In this document: positions 1-12,555 of the stretch, in pieces
How the letters are laid out: each line of letters begins with the position of its first letter
Position numbering within the stretch: position 1 is the first letter of the stretch
DNA from: Eutreptiella sp. 'Long Island Sound 2002'
Taxonomy: Eukaryota; Protista; Euglenida
Length of the DNA stretch: 64,000 bases
Reading direction: 5' to 3'
NCBI GenBank assembly: GCA_964036045.1
Contig: OZ038379.1
Location: 7,440,001-7,504,000 of the forward strand
Notes under the pieces: generated by a model
Seen by the model: only the letters and a program-made list of their open reading frames with translations
What the model was told of the DNA's origin: nothing
The model's database searches: none
Translations under genes and position numbers: made by a program

Positions 1-528
1 TTTGTCTCTTGAAGCAAGGATGAACATAAACCATCCGAGTGTCACGCATCATGAAGCTTTGAGGACATGGATGGGCTGCATGTGTCTCACCCGCATATTG
101 TGCTTTGGAATCAACGCAAAATGATGGAGTGCAAGCACCGATGTTAGTAGCAAGTGTCATAAAGTTCAATTGCATAGTACGTAGGTGTTTGCCCTCATGC
201 TGTAAATGCTAAAGGGAGGGCATTTCAATACTTTTGCACCCACCGTAAACCCAATTGTCTGCTCGTGCCGCTACTCCGTAGCTACTCCGCAAAAGTTCTT
301 GTGTCATGACGCTACGCTTGTTAGTTCACAAAATCATTGTTTTCCATTATTTAAATTATGTATTATGTATGTTCATGTATTACATATTATTCATTTCGTT
401 TATTTACATGTAAAACGTGCAAGTAACCCGTTTTACCGGCACGAAAACGGGCTATTAACCCGTTTTTCTCGGCCATGTAACCCGTTTTACTGCCGAAAAA
501 ATAGGTGCTGTTTCTATTTTGTTTTTGG

Positions 529-1080
529 TTGCAAAGGCAATGCCATAGACTCCGGGTACCATGGACGCATCCCTACAACCCTTGGACTCGAGTCCGGAGA
601 CTCCACCCCAATAGGCTATGGTCCGACAGTCCAATCCCCCATCGTCCTCAGCATATGTATGCCTTGCAACAGAAGACATATTAAGGATGACTCTATGTAT
701 CTGGCATATTCATCACCAAGACCATGTCTTATGTGACTGCACTACATTTGGTACCGAATTCAAGTAGGTTTGAAATAAATACGGTCCCTACTTACTGTGG
801 CATGGACAAGGGCGTGGCTATGACAAAGGCGAGGGGTACCTTGTTTGACACAGCCACCTACCATGAGCTACTGCATCACTACTACGGAAACCTACTATGG
901 AAAGGCACACAAACGGTGTTGTTTCTATTTTGTTCCTAGTTGCAAAGGCAATGCCTCAGACTCCGGGTACCATGGACGCATCCCTACAACCCTTGGACTC
1001 GAGTCCGGAGACTCCACCCCAATAGGCTATGGTTCGACAGTCCAATCCCCCATCGTCCTCAGCATATGTTTGCCTTGCAA
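529..1080 (+). repeat. Two copies of a 141-bp unit (529-669, 940-1080) with imperfect terminal inverted ends and an internal GGACTCGAGTCC palindrome; mirrored in the right arm
   Basis: Direct sequence match. Ends are TTGCAAAGGCA ... TGCCTTGCAA; no TSD seen. Confidence 0.85.
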
Positions 1081-1511
1081 CGCCAAGCGCAGGGAGCAAA
1101 AATTCAGAAGTGGTCCCCAACAAAGGGGAGCAAAATCAGAAGTGGCTACCTCACCCCTGCCTTCTCGGGGGCCAAAAAGGGGGCGGAAATGCTATGGTGC
1201 CCCTGCATTCTCGGGGATCCCCAACGCCAAGCGCGGGGAGCAAAAATTCAGAAGTGGTCACCAACAAAGGGGAACAAAATCAGAAGTGGCTACCTCACCC
1301 CTGCCTTCTCGGGGGCCCAAAAGAGGGCGGGTATGCTTTGTCACCCCATTCTCGGGGATCCCCAACACCAAGCGCGGGGAGCAAAAATTCAGAAGTGGTC
1401 CCCAATAAAGTAGAACTAAATCAGAAGTGGCTACCTCACCCCTGCCTTCATGGGGGCCCAAAAGAGGGTGACGTATTCTTTGTGGCGTTTTGGCGACATT
1501 CTCGAATCCCC
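1079..1511 (+). repeat. About 3 units of a ~141-144 bp satellite-like repeat (mirror at about 16866-17298)
   Basis: Units start at 1079, 1223 and 1364 with a CAAAATCAGAAGTGGCTACCTCACCCCTGCCTTC core. Confidence 0.9.
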
Positions 1512-2403
1512 TCGTAATTCCATTTGAGTCCACACGGGCAAGGGAATGGTGACACAAGTGGGCGGTCAGGTTCACGCAAGCCGGGGGTCAGAACCCGCTC
1601 CCCAGTCGCCACGTGTGAAACCGAAACAGGGCATTCCCGCAGACATACAAATGAACCCACGAGGCACACGCAGAGCGTTGCTAAAGGGTGGGGCTGAGCT
1701 GTGCGGGGGGGACCCCAACCCCGCAGAGGATTGTGAGGCCTTTGTCTTCACATGGGACGGGGCACAACAAACCCGACTGAAACCCCCCGTTCCCAGAAGA
1801 CCAACAAATGCCATACTACTGCAGCTGTACATTGGGGGGGGGGGGGGTGGCAGGACAGGGCAGACAGGGGACTAGGGCCCGAACCCACTCCCATGTCCCA
1901 TCTCCACCCGCGCTTCTTATTGCCATCCCTGACCGTCCTTGTCGGCCAATGGACAATGCGGCCCAATCACTTACCGGGGGCTTTGGGGGGGGTGTTAGAT
2001 CCCCCCCACCCCACCCCCCACCCGCGAGATGTTGAGTTGTGAAGCAAAATTCTGGGCACCCGCCTAAAATGGTAAAAAAAAATCAACCAATTGAAGACAG
2101 CCTTTGACGAAGGTGTGGGGGTGTGTAAAGGGGGGACGGGGTGCGGACGTACTCCGCGGCCGCCATCTCCATCGTGGCTAAGCGCCAGTGAACATCAAAG
2201 CCCAGAGGAACCCACGCCCACGGCAGGTATTCGTCTCCGCAAAGCACGGGGTCTCTGGGGCTGAGGTGATCGTACAGTCGACGTGCTCCAGGACCCCTAC
2301 AAGCTGCCCCATGACTGCCAAGCGGTGGATACCGATGCCTTCGACTTCATCCAGCGTCATCTCAAAGCACGACCAACCCTAGGTGCACCCGGGGGGCCTC
2401 TAC

Positions 2404-2638
2404 CAGAGATGTATTGGATATACTGGATCCTTGTATGGTCCCCCTGACCCCGGCGTCAAAGGTGCCAGAAAAAAATTTTTAAGCTTAAATCCTGTTGCAC
2501 CAAAGGCGCAGAAGAAAATTCTGCCTCAAACAGTGGAACGGGAGGAGGGGCGGGGGGGGGGGGGAGAGGGGTCCAGCGGGGGGGGGGGGGGGGATCCCCC
2601 CTCCTCCGACGGTAAACGGTCGTTCTAATACATCCCTG
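2404..2638. mobile_element. hAT-type MITE, 235 bp (mirror copy 15741-15973)
   Basis: 15-bp TIR CAGAGATGTATTGGA / TCTAATACATCCCTG (2 mismatches). Flanked by 8-bp near-duplication GCCTCTAC (2396-2403) / GCCTTTAC (2639-2646); no coding capacity. Confidence 0.75.
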
Positions 2639-5600
2639 GCCTTTACACCATCTCCAGCAGATGCCTGTACATCAGCCCCCTCTCTTTCTGGCCCTCTTTC
2701 TGAAGGTCATGCCGTGCCCATTGCTGCACCCCTGCGCAACCCCATGCTGCGCCCTTGCGCCACCTTGCCCTGCGCCCCTTCGCGGTCCCACCCTGCGCCC
2801 CTGCGCAGCTCTGCACTGTGCCCCAAGAATTTGTACGCCGCCCCCGTGTGCGCCTTTCTGGTGCGGTCCTTCAGGTTTCGACGCAGAGTGGCTTCCTATG
2901 AGCAGCCATCTTCACGATCCGCCTCCTGTAGCATGGACTGCAAGCCGTTCCGAATTGGTACCGCCTGCTTGCTCCGCTCGCATGTCCCATCGCCAACTGT
3001 AACCCCTCTTCCAGGACCCCAGGGTCAGTCCTCCTCCACCACGGATTTGCACGTGGGCTGTGCATCCGCCGGCTCCATTCTTCGCCTGAGAAGAGCGGGT
3101 GTGCGACTGAGAGACAGGGGGTTCCTTCGAAGACCTCTGGTATTTGTGGTCTCCCCCCCCCGGCCCAGAACCGTCCCCCACCCTCTTCCCTTTGCTCAGT
3201 GCCGAGTGTGCGCATTGGCGTTGCTTGCCGATGCTTTTGAGGTCTACCACGTTTTTGGGGGGTTCTTTTGACCCCCTCCCCTGAGTTTTGCTTAAAAGGG
3301 GGCGCGGGGGGTCTGGAACCCAAAAGTCCAACAGTTTGTGTACCAAAAAAATTAGCCCAAATCAATATTTCCTGTTGTACATTTCACTTTTTTCCCACAA
3401 TGTTTCAAATCGCATCACTGGCTTCTGTAGGTTTGTCAGATGCTGCCTGTCAAAAAAATCAACCTCCTAACGCTTTGACGGCACTATTAACCGCAAAAGC
3501 CAGGTACCACATGACTACGCGTATAAAGGCAACTTTTTTGGGACGAAATTTGAATATGTGCTCGCAATGTTGATGCTTCTTATGAACAGATATGCAAGTT
3601 GCAAAGCTCGAAGATCATGAAATCATGGGTGTTGGTCAAATCGGGTCCGAGAGGGAGGGGTGTTAGCCCCCCCCCCCCCCAAGGAGATGCTGAGTTGTTA
3701 AGCAAAACTCTGCCCCTCCCCCACAAAAAAATTCTTAATGAATTGCTGCCATGACCTGCCACCCCTCGAGAAAATGGTGGGCTAACAGCGGTGTCCGAAA
3801 ATGGCTAAAATCGCCAAAAATTAATCCAAATAACGCTGTGCAAAAACGGCCGAAACGCCTGAAAACAATACAACTACCGCCATCCGAAAACGGCCAAAGC
3901 TGTGTCTGCGGCATATTGCACATCACCGGTCCCGCCCCCGCTCAGGCGCAAGATGTGAAGCCAATGGGTGTCCGTTTGTGGCTGTTGTGGAATCCGGGGA
4001 TATCCGTGGCCTCCTGTTAAATCGGACACGAGCGTGCGGTACCGCCTTTGCTGGAAAAGATCACGGAAAGGCGTGCCAAGTGGTGCCGGCAACAATGATC
4101 ACTTGGCAATGATCATCGCGGCATCATGGCAGGGGGTGGTGTCTTCTATGCATGTTGAATTTGTGTTTTGCTTTGCGCTGCCTATGTTACCAATGCAACC
4201 TAAGTCTTGAGACTTGTCTCACCCCGCCCCCGCCCCCCCCTCTGGCAACATTCGGAACTGGTTGGCAATGGCCATATGCCTTGGGTGCTGTGGACGGGAG
4301 TCCCCAAGAAACTGGTGCACAAATTGCTTAACCAGTTTGCTGCCCCAATAGCACAGCAACCCGTACCTTCAACATGTGACCACGCACCATGTTCAAAGCT
4401 CATATATGAAGGTGCGTAGTCTTGCCGCATTCATGTGAGTGGTACTCGTCGTGTGCCCACAGGTAACACAGTCCCCTCTACGCTTCGAGGTGTGTTGCCG
4501 AAGGCAATAGAGGTTTGGTTCGGCGCCTTTGGCCCCGGATTTCATGGCGAGTGCTGCATCGATGGTGGTTGGCGGTCAACGGCAGTGGCGGCAGGCGTTC
4601 ACACCACGGATGGTTGGAACAGGGCTGTATGACAGTGCGAGGGCCGACTGCAAAGACCATAGGCTGCAGTCTTGGTCTTGACGCGCACACGATGCCTCGC
4701 GCCAGACCTGGGCCGGTCGGCACAGACGAGGGTGAGTACTTGAATGCTTGGCAGGAGCCTACTACTGCCAAACTGAGGAAACTTGTGCTGTGTGCATGTC
4801 AAATCACATCATATTTTTTGTAGTGCGCTTTGGCCTGTGGTGGTGGGGCTACGAGAATATGCCACACAAGCCCTACACAACTGTCGTGCAGGATTCGTTC
4901 CACAGAATTTCTCACCTGGAAACCCCCCCTTGGCCCAGAAAGAAGACTGGGTTGTGGCAGTAAGCCGGCAAGCGTTAGCAGCGCATGAAGCAGAAGAAAG
5001 CCCCGTCAGTGGCTGTGGAGGACCATGGGTACCTTTCTGTCACAAAGAGGGACGGATTGGTGGGCCCTCGATGAACAGGGGCAATCAGCGGTTCAACAGC
5101 GGCGGTTGGCGGTCAACTGACGACGGTTGGCGGCTGGCAGGACGGTGCACCAGGTGCAGGGGGGGGGGGGTCCCGAGGGCAGAAAGAAGAACAAAAAGGG
5201 CCCCCACAAGACCCGTGGCAACGCACTTTGCACAGTGCCCAACAAAGAGCATCATGCCGGTCCCCAAGGCCCCCCTTGTGGGCAGCACTTCTTTTCACGT
5301 AGGCACACACACACATACCGTCCCATGATGGTGCCCTCGTCAGGGCTCTGCAGCAGATCACTGGATTCGGGGTCCGCCCACGTCAGCTCCACCCACTTAC
5401 ATTGTGTAAGCACCAGCTGCTCCTACAACACGCAAGCCGTGCAGACTGGCGAGCGTTGGCCACGCAGGAGATCAAAGACCGGGGTTAATCTCCAAGATCA
5501 GCACAACTCATTTCACAGCCCATATCACATCCTGTACACATCTCTTGTGGCGCCCCCCCCCCCCCTTTTGCAGGTGCACGCATTTTGTGTGCACTAGGCA

Positions 5601-6314
5601 ACCCCCCGCCCCCTTGTGGTCTGCCATGTGACAGACCCACTCGCCGGCCCACACATATCACACGCTGTGCAGATCCATTGAAGGGAACACCCGCTGGTGG
5701 CATCGCACAGTAAAAAATGAGCCAAAAGCGCACGAGTAACCCAAAAGCGGGCCCATGGTGCTTTAAACCTGGGCGGGCTTGGAAGAGGGAGTGTGGTAGG
5801 CGCAGGGGTATGCCCCTCAATCCGCACTATAAAATTCGCATTATTTTTCTGGGTTCACTTTTTCAGGTTTGGAGTAGTGTTAGGCCAAAAGAAAGGCCCT
5901 GATAACCCCAGCCCTACCCCTACTCCTGGAACACGGACCCTTCTTTGATTCGGATTAGCGGTCAGTGGTGGGGTTGTAGGAGAAGCAAAGTGAAGCACAG
6001 AGAAAAGGTCCTGCATTGGACAATGACACACAACAAAATTCTGTGCTGGGCAACTGCATTGACTTTGGTGTTCGCTGATCCTACGCTTACTCAACTTTCC
6101 TCAACGTTGAAATGTGAAATCAGCAGCACCATTGGTATCATGATCCTGAAGCTACAATCTGTCAAACATAGGGCAAGGTGGGGGGGGGGGGGTCCGCATA
6201 CAGGGAATGGGCCCGCCTCCCGCCTTATGACCACATAATCTACATGGCATTGACAAAACCAGCATCAACATGGTGATTGTCCCGGTAAAGTGTGCAAGAT
6301 TCACGCAAAAAAAA

Positions 6315-6640
6315 TTAGCTGCCCGCCCCGACACGACCGCCCATCCACCCTGACACGCCTACCAGCCAGCCCCAACATGCCCGCCTGCCCACCGTGACAC
6401 GCCCGCCTGCCCACCCTGAGACACGTGCCTGCCGGTGTAGACACACGTGCCTGCCCGCCCCACTGCGCCCGCCCGACACGCCCTCCCGCCCACACCAACA
6501 CGCCAGGCTGCCCGCCCTGACACGCCCGCGACACACGTGCCCACCCGCCCGCCCACCTACCCTGACATGTGCATGCACCCCCACATGCACGCGCTCCCGG
6601 ACACGCCCCCGGCCACACACCCGCCTCATTTTGAGATAAT
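6315..6640 (+). repeat. C-rich degenerate minisatellite (CACGCCCGCCTGCCCACCCTGA-like)
   Basis: Recurring short units; explains several overlapping spurious ORFs. Confidence 0.75.
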
Positions 6641-7710
6641 AGGAAAATGAGGGGCTCAAAACCCGACCCCAGAGTTTTGCTTAAGGGAGGTGGGGGATGG
6701 GGGGGGTCCAAGGGGGGGAGGGGGGGCTCACCACAAATGTGTACCATAGTATCACAGTGCAGGTCAGCTTCGGCGCCTTGTAGAAATTTGCTTTGGCGCC
6801 TTCGGCGCCTAGTATTTCCTATGCTTTCTGGGCCAAGGTGACGGTTCCCCCCCTGGGGGCGGGGGGATTTCAAAGGGGGTAGGGAAGGTACCATTGACGA
6901 AGGGCAGTGGCAGCCTTCGTAGCCCATGCACTCCACCGCAAAAACTCTTTCGCCACATCTTCATACCCCATGCTTTGGCTCCGGGTCTGGCACTATTTCG
7001 GCTCATTTTCAACCCAGGGGAATCGCCCTTCAGCCACTACACTCTAAACACATACGCTGTGTAGAGGGGTGGAGTGCACAAAACGTAGTGTGACGCACAG
7101 TCTGAAAGGCAGTCAACCTGCACTTTAGGGTCCATCACCTTTTTTGTCTCCTTGGTCTCCTGCTGCTGCAGGGCCAATTTCTCGTTCAGCATGTCAACAA
7201 ACTTCCGTTTGGCCTCGGCGTGCGATGGATCAGTGGATGCAACCTGAAAACACAGACAAACATGCTTGCAGTAAATCCGAACCCAACAGTGACCTCCTGA
7301 GCAGACCCATGGGGTGCGTGCAGGAAAGGCTCAGTACGTGTGCCGGGTGATACAGATGTAGGCAGAGGGTTGGGTTTCACCAGGAAATTGTCCGGATTTT
7401 TTGTCGACAGACGGTCAGGAAGTGTTTTTTGGGAGATGAAAATGGGCCTTATGCCCACAGATGTGCTTCTGCCCCTTGGTGTTCCTCCAGTGCTGGCGAC
7501 ACCCATGGGGGGAGAGGGGGGGGGGGGGTTCTGGATATCATGAAGCACTTCTACCCATGCGCAGACCGCGGTGCTGCTGCTGAGCACATTCCACTCATCC
7601 AACATCAACGCCTCTGAACTATCACTTTGGTGAGCGAGAGACCGGCCAGTCTGAGGCTATGAAGCGACAAACATCGAAACAGTCTTGAGAGCAATCAAAG
7701 CAAACACAGC

Positions 7711-7815
7711 GGGGGGGGGGGGGCTGTGCCAGGGAAATTCTGCAGCAGCTTATTCTGATGGACGGGGGGGGGGGGGGCTGTGCCAGGGAAATTCTGCAGC
7801 AGCTTATTCTAATGG
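7711..7815 (+). repeat. Tandem duplication of ~53 bp (poly-G + CTGTGCCAGGGAAATTCTGCAGCAGCTTATTCT)
   Basis: Two adjacent near-identical copies. Confidence 0.9.
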
Positions 7816-8379
7816 CACACATTCTATGCAAATTGTACAGTAGCCAGAATATGCCCATGGATCGTCACCGAGGTGGTCCCCTCCGTTGGGCAAGCCACCG
7901 TCGGCAGCCCCAAATGGCGGCAGCCGTTCAAATCACGGATGATTGAAACAGGGCTGTATGACAGTGCTAGGGCCGACTGTAAAGACCATCGGCTGCAGTC
8001 TTGGTGTTGCCACGCAGGCGATGCCCCGCGCCAGACCTTGAAAAACCTTGAGTGAGAGCACCTGGTCACACTCAACGTGATCGGGGCACGGTGCCAGTCA
8101 CTGCAACACACACTGTAGGCTAGGAAACTGAACCCGAGGCTGGGAGATGGCCCACGCTACCCACAGCAATGCACACCCTTCTACCCACCACTGTGTGCAG
8201 GACACTATTCACATCATGCCACATCGTATCCAGTACCACCTCCCCCACCTCGCCTACATGCGATGACAACACTGCACACAGTGCCATCGCAACGGTTCAG
8301 CCTTGCAACCCCAGAAGTGTGGTCGTGCAATTTTGCTTCCGGTGGGGCTTTGCGTCATGTACGAGGGGTTCGTTCCACT

Positions 8380-10210
8380 GCCACGTCTTACTGCTGTTAG
8401 TCGCGTTGTTGGTGGGTAGTGACGAGGAATGTGGTGTGGTGGTGGGGGGGGGGGGGGAGGCATTTTTCTGGTGGTGGGGGTTGTAACCACAGGTTGAATC
8501 TGGGCCGGACGTCTGGGGCAAGGGGAAACAGGCTATGAGCACTCGGGAGTCCCCATTGGCCTACGTCCACCGTTGCCTCTTCTGTCAGGCCCTCTTCTCG
8601 CTGTGAGTCACGTTGTTGGTGGGCAGTGACGTAACGTGGTCTGATGGATGGGTGGGGGGGGGGGTGGCGCAGTTTTCTGGTGGTGGGACTTTGGAAATGG
8701 AGACATTGTGACATGTTGGTTGACTCCAAATGATTCATGCTGCACAGGGCATGTTCGTCGCTCGCTGAATCTGGGCCGGACGTCTGGGGCAAGGGGAAAC
8801 AGGCTATGAGCACTCGGGAGTCCCCATTGGCCTACGTCCACCGTTGCCTCTTCTGTCAGGCCCTCTTCTCGCTGTGAGTCACGTTGTTGGTGGGCAGTGA
8901 CGTAACGTGGTCTGATGGATGGGTGGGGGGGGGGGTGGCGCAGTTTTCTGGTGGTGGGACTTTGGAAATGGAGACATTGTGACATGTTGGTTGACTCCAA
9001 ATGATTCATGCTGCACAGGGCATGTTCGTCGCTCGCTGGCACTTTCAGGTGCACAGTGCAGGTGCCAGAATTGAAATGGGAATGGGAGAGCCCTGTGACA
9101 CGCTGGTTACCCTAAATGATTCATGCTGCATAGGGCCGGCTTGCTGCGCGATGGCTCATGCAGGGCGTAGTGCGGGCAGTCAAATCGATTGAGTGGCATC
9201 CTACGGTTCGTTGAGTCCAAATCATTCACCCTGCACTAGGCAGGTTCACTGTGCGCTGGCACATGCAGATGCATAGTGCAGGCACCAGTAGAAATGGGAA
9301 TGGAAGAGCCCTGTGACTTGTTGGTCAACCGAAAGGTTCATGTTGCACAGGGCCGCTTTGCTGCGCGATGGCACATTCAGGGCACAGTGCAGGCATCAGA
9401 GTTGACTGAGGGGCACTCACCAGTTGGGAATGGGAGAATCTTGCGACGTGTTGGTTAACCCAAACGATTCATGCTGCATCGGATTGGTTCGCTGCACGCT
9501 GGTACTTTCAGGTGCTCAGTGCAGACATCAGAATTGACTGAGAGGCACTCAACCGCAGGAAGTGGGAACTGGTGTTAAATGAATTTCGTGACGTTGGGCA
9601 GTGATGAGGAATGTGGCGTGACGGGGGGGGGATGGCAGTTTTCTGGTGGCGGGACGCTGCAACCACAACTGAATTTGGCCCGGACGTCCGGGGCAAGGGG
9701 AAACGGGCTATGAGCACTGGAGAGTCCCCATTGGCCTACGTCCACCGTTGCTCCTTCTGTCATGCCCTCTTCCCGCTGTTAGTCGCGTTGGTGGTGGCCA
9801 GTGACGAGGAATGTGGTGTGGTGGTTGGGGGGGGCGGGGTCGGCATTTTTCTCGTGGTGGGGCTTGCAACCACAGGTTGAATCTGGGCAAGACGTCTGGG
9901 GCAAGGGGAAACAAGCTATGAGCACTCAGGAGTCCCCATTGGCCTACGTCCACCGTTGCCTCTTCTGCCAAGCCCTCTTCTCGCTGTGAGTCGCGTGAGG
10001 GGAGGGGAGGGTGGCGCAGTTTTCTGGTGGTGGGACTTTGGAAATGGAGACATTGTGACATGTTGGTTGACTCCAAATGATTCATGCGGCACGGGGCATG
10101 TTCGTCGCTCGCTGGCACTTTCAGGTGCACAGTGCAGGTACCAGAATTGAAATGGGAATGGGAGAGCCCTGTGACATGTTGGTTACCCTAAATAATTCAT
10201 GCTGCATAGG
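8380..10210 (+). repeat. Complex satellite: exact 271-bp tandem pair (8495-8765 / 8766-9036) plus diverged copies and ~115-bp sub-units
   Basis: GAATCTGGGCCGGACGTC at 8496 and 8767, diverged copies near 9670 and 9880. GATTCATGCTGCA-like motif recurs about 8 times. Confidence 0.9.
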
Positions 10211-12249
10211 GCCGGCTTGCTGCACGCTGGCACATTCCAATAGCTTGCGGCGTCAAAATCTTGTGTCAATAGCTTGCATCAACAGTTGGTGCCAATGTCT
10301 TGTGTCAAGAGCTTGCGTCACTAGCTTGTGTCAATAGCAGGTGTCAATAGCTTGTGTCATGGTTTGCACTGGTTTGAAAATGTGCGGCAAGCTGACTAGC
10401 GCGGAGCCAAGGGGCACCCTGGTTCATCCCCCCCCCCCCCACCCACCCCCAACCCCCCAACTCCCCAAAGTTCTTGAACCCAGTTTGAGGCAATTTCAGG
10501 TTTTGGCTAATTGACACAAGCTCAGCACTGCCCTTTTGTGCAGGCTCAGTTCACAGGAGCCCCTGCAAACCGCCCAAACCTTCAATTTTGAGGGGGCTTG
10601 ACACTCCCCAGCCCTGTCCCCCTCTGTGTCTGTGTCCCACTCCCCTAGTACCAGGGCTATGTCCTATGTGCCCCTGAGCTGAGCCGTCCGTACCGCATCC
10701 CCGCCGTTGACCATATCTCTGCTGGAACTCGCCTCACGCTTGACCAAACAACACATACCGCTGCCGGGGACGAGGTACCCTTTGGGGTACTGTTGGCCTT
10801 TGCATATTATCGCGAGCTCTGCCCGCTGACTAGGGGCGATTCGGTGGTGGTGGTGGAAGTGTTGGCTTTGGCATGGACTTCCTGGCTCTACTTCTGCACG
10901 GCACTGATTCCATGTGAACCCACCATCGCAGTCATGGCAGCTGTAATAAGAACGAGCGGGCGCCCTCATGACAAACCCAGTCTGTCTCCATCGATAGCCC
11001 CACCTCCTGGTGGAGACTCGACGGATGCGTTGTTTCATGGTGACTGTTGGAGTCTTGCTTGCCGGAGTTAGTGAGACTTTACGTTTGCTAAGATACTCAG
11101 TTTTTGTTTCTAGGATACACATTGGGTACGCCCTTTGGAGAGTTGGGGGACACAAGGGATGGGACACCGTAGCACACACACATTGATATCTTTGCAAAGA
11201 AATATCGTCGGGGGGGGGGGGAATAATTTGAAGGGGGATTTTTTTTGGGAGGCCCCAAATTAAGGTGGGAAAATTGTGGACATTTTGGCACATAGCATCC
11301 TTAATGTTGAAGAAGATATTGGCTAGGAGGGAGGGCTTCCACACAAGTACTGCACAAGAACCAACAAAAACCACTAGTGTGTTTCAAAGCCGGCCCATCC
11401 CGCCCAAGTCTCGTTGCTTAATCAAATGGAGTTGGTGTCAATGTTACGCGGTGACGTTTCATCAGGTGAAATCCGGCCCTTTGGTCCATGCCTCATGGTA
11501 GTGATCGCCGTGTTTGTCAAGCTAGTGTGGTTGGGCGTGTAGCCCTTGTTCTTGGATAGCGATAACATGTGGCTCACGCTAGGTTTGGGTGGAGGTGGTG
11601 CAACGGCAAACCCGCTCGGTTGAACCAGCCTTTGCCCGCCCCCCCCCCCCCTCCACCCGCCCCTAGACCCTATGCTTGGGTCAACTTCTTCTGCACACCA
11701 CCAATCAACACCTTTGATGTGCAACTCGCGGAGACTCGGTGACCACAAGCTTCCAATAGCGCCTAGTACTCCGATCTCGATTTGGAATGTCCGCAAAACA
11801 CAAATGGTATTGTTCTCCATGCTTCGGCGAAGTATCCGAAGCATCATCTACACATGACAAGTGAAAAAGACGAAGGCCGAGCTTTCTTGAGTTGAACACG
11901 AGCAACTAGCTTGTCTTGCAAAATTCCCGACGTTACGATCATTTTGGATCGGTTCGGCATGGCAACCAAAACCCGTCAAACCAAGTGGCCGCGGAATTCG
12001 GGTTCGAGAAGGTGAAAAGATGGCTTCTAGGACTAGAGGACTACGAAGGTCACACAACAAATGACGCGACACTACGTGCGGTGTTGGTTACCTTGAAGCT
12101 TGCCGTGTGCACTTGTTTGGCGATACCATGAACGCACTTCGTGGATCCAAACATTGTCTACATCCCAGTCTACACAACAGAAGAAAATTGGTGGCCACTC
12201 GGCGTTCCCAATGCTTTAGGACCACTTTCTTCTTGCTTTTTCATTCGTT

Positions 12250-12254
<5 letters not shown>

Positions 12255-12332
<78 letters not shown>
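12255..12332 (+). repeat. (TC)39 microsatellite
   Basis: Direct read. Confidence 0.97.
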
Positions 12333-12334
<2 letters not shown>

Positions 12335-12353
12335 CTGCCGAAAAATCGAATCC

Positions 12354-12555
12354 AAACTATACTCTATGCATTTTGGGCGACCGGCCTACTCCCTCTAGCA
12401 AAGGAGAAGAGGGAAAGAGGGTAGACGAGTGAGAGGAGCATCGGGATCATAGAAATGCCGCAAACTATACTCTATGTATTTTGGGCGACCCGCCTACTCC
12501 CTCTAGCAAAGGAGAAGAGGGAAAGAGGGTAGACGAGTGAGAGGAGCATCGGGGT
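12354..12555 (+). repeat. 108-bp-period tandem duplication
   Basis: AAACTATACTCTATG...GAGAGGAGCATCGG at 12354 and 12462. Confidence 0.9.

Larger units (their letters stand above)
1..4218 (+). repeat. Left arm of long inverted duplication (continues upstream of the window)
   Basis: ORFs mirror those at 14168-18171 with coordinate sum about 18377-18378. cctaagtcttgagacttgtc (ending 4218) is the reverse complement of the first bases after the gap. Confidence 0.97.

Noticed and set aside
585-625. tRNA A/B boxes in the 141-bp unit (TAGCCTATTGG ... GGACTCGAGTCC on the minus strand)
   Set aside because: The boxes are only about 12 nt apart, and no cloverleaf forms.
206-736. 176-aa ORF (and its mirror 17641-18171) and most other short track ORFs as genes
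   Set aside because: They run across repeats, AT-rich tracts or homopolymers, and show no motifs or codon-like composition.
8380-10210. CRISPR array (also considered for 38760-38950, 40680-40963 and 58708-58833)
   Set aside because: These are contiguous tandem units without unique spacers; there are no cas genes and the context is eukaryotic.
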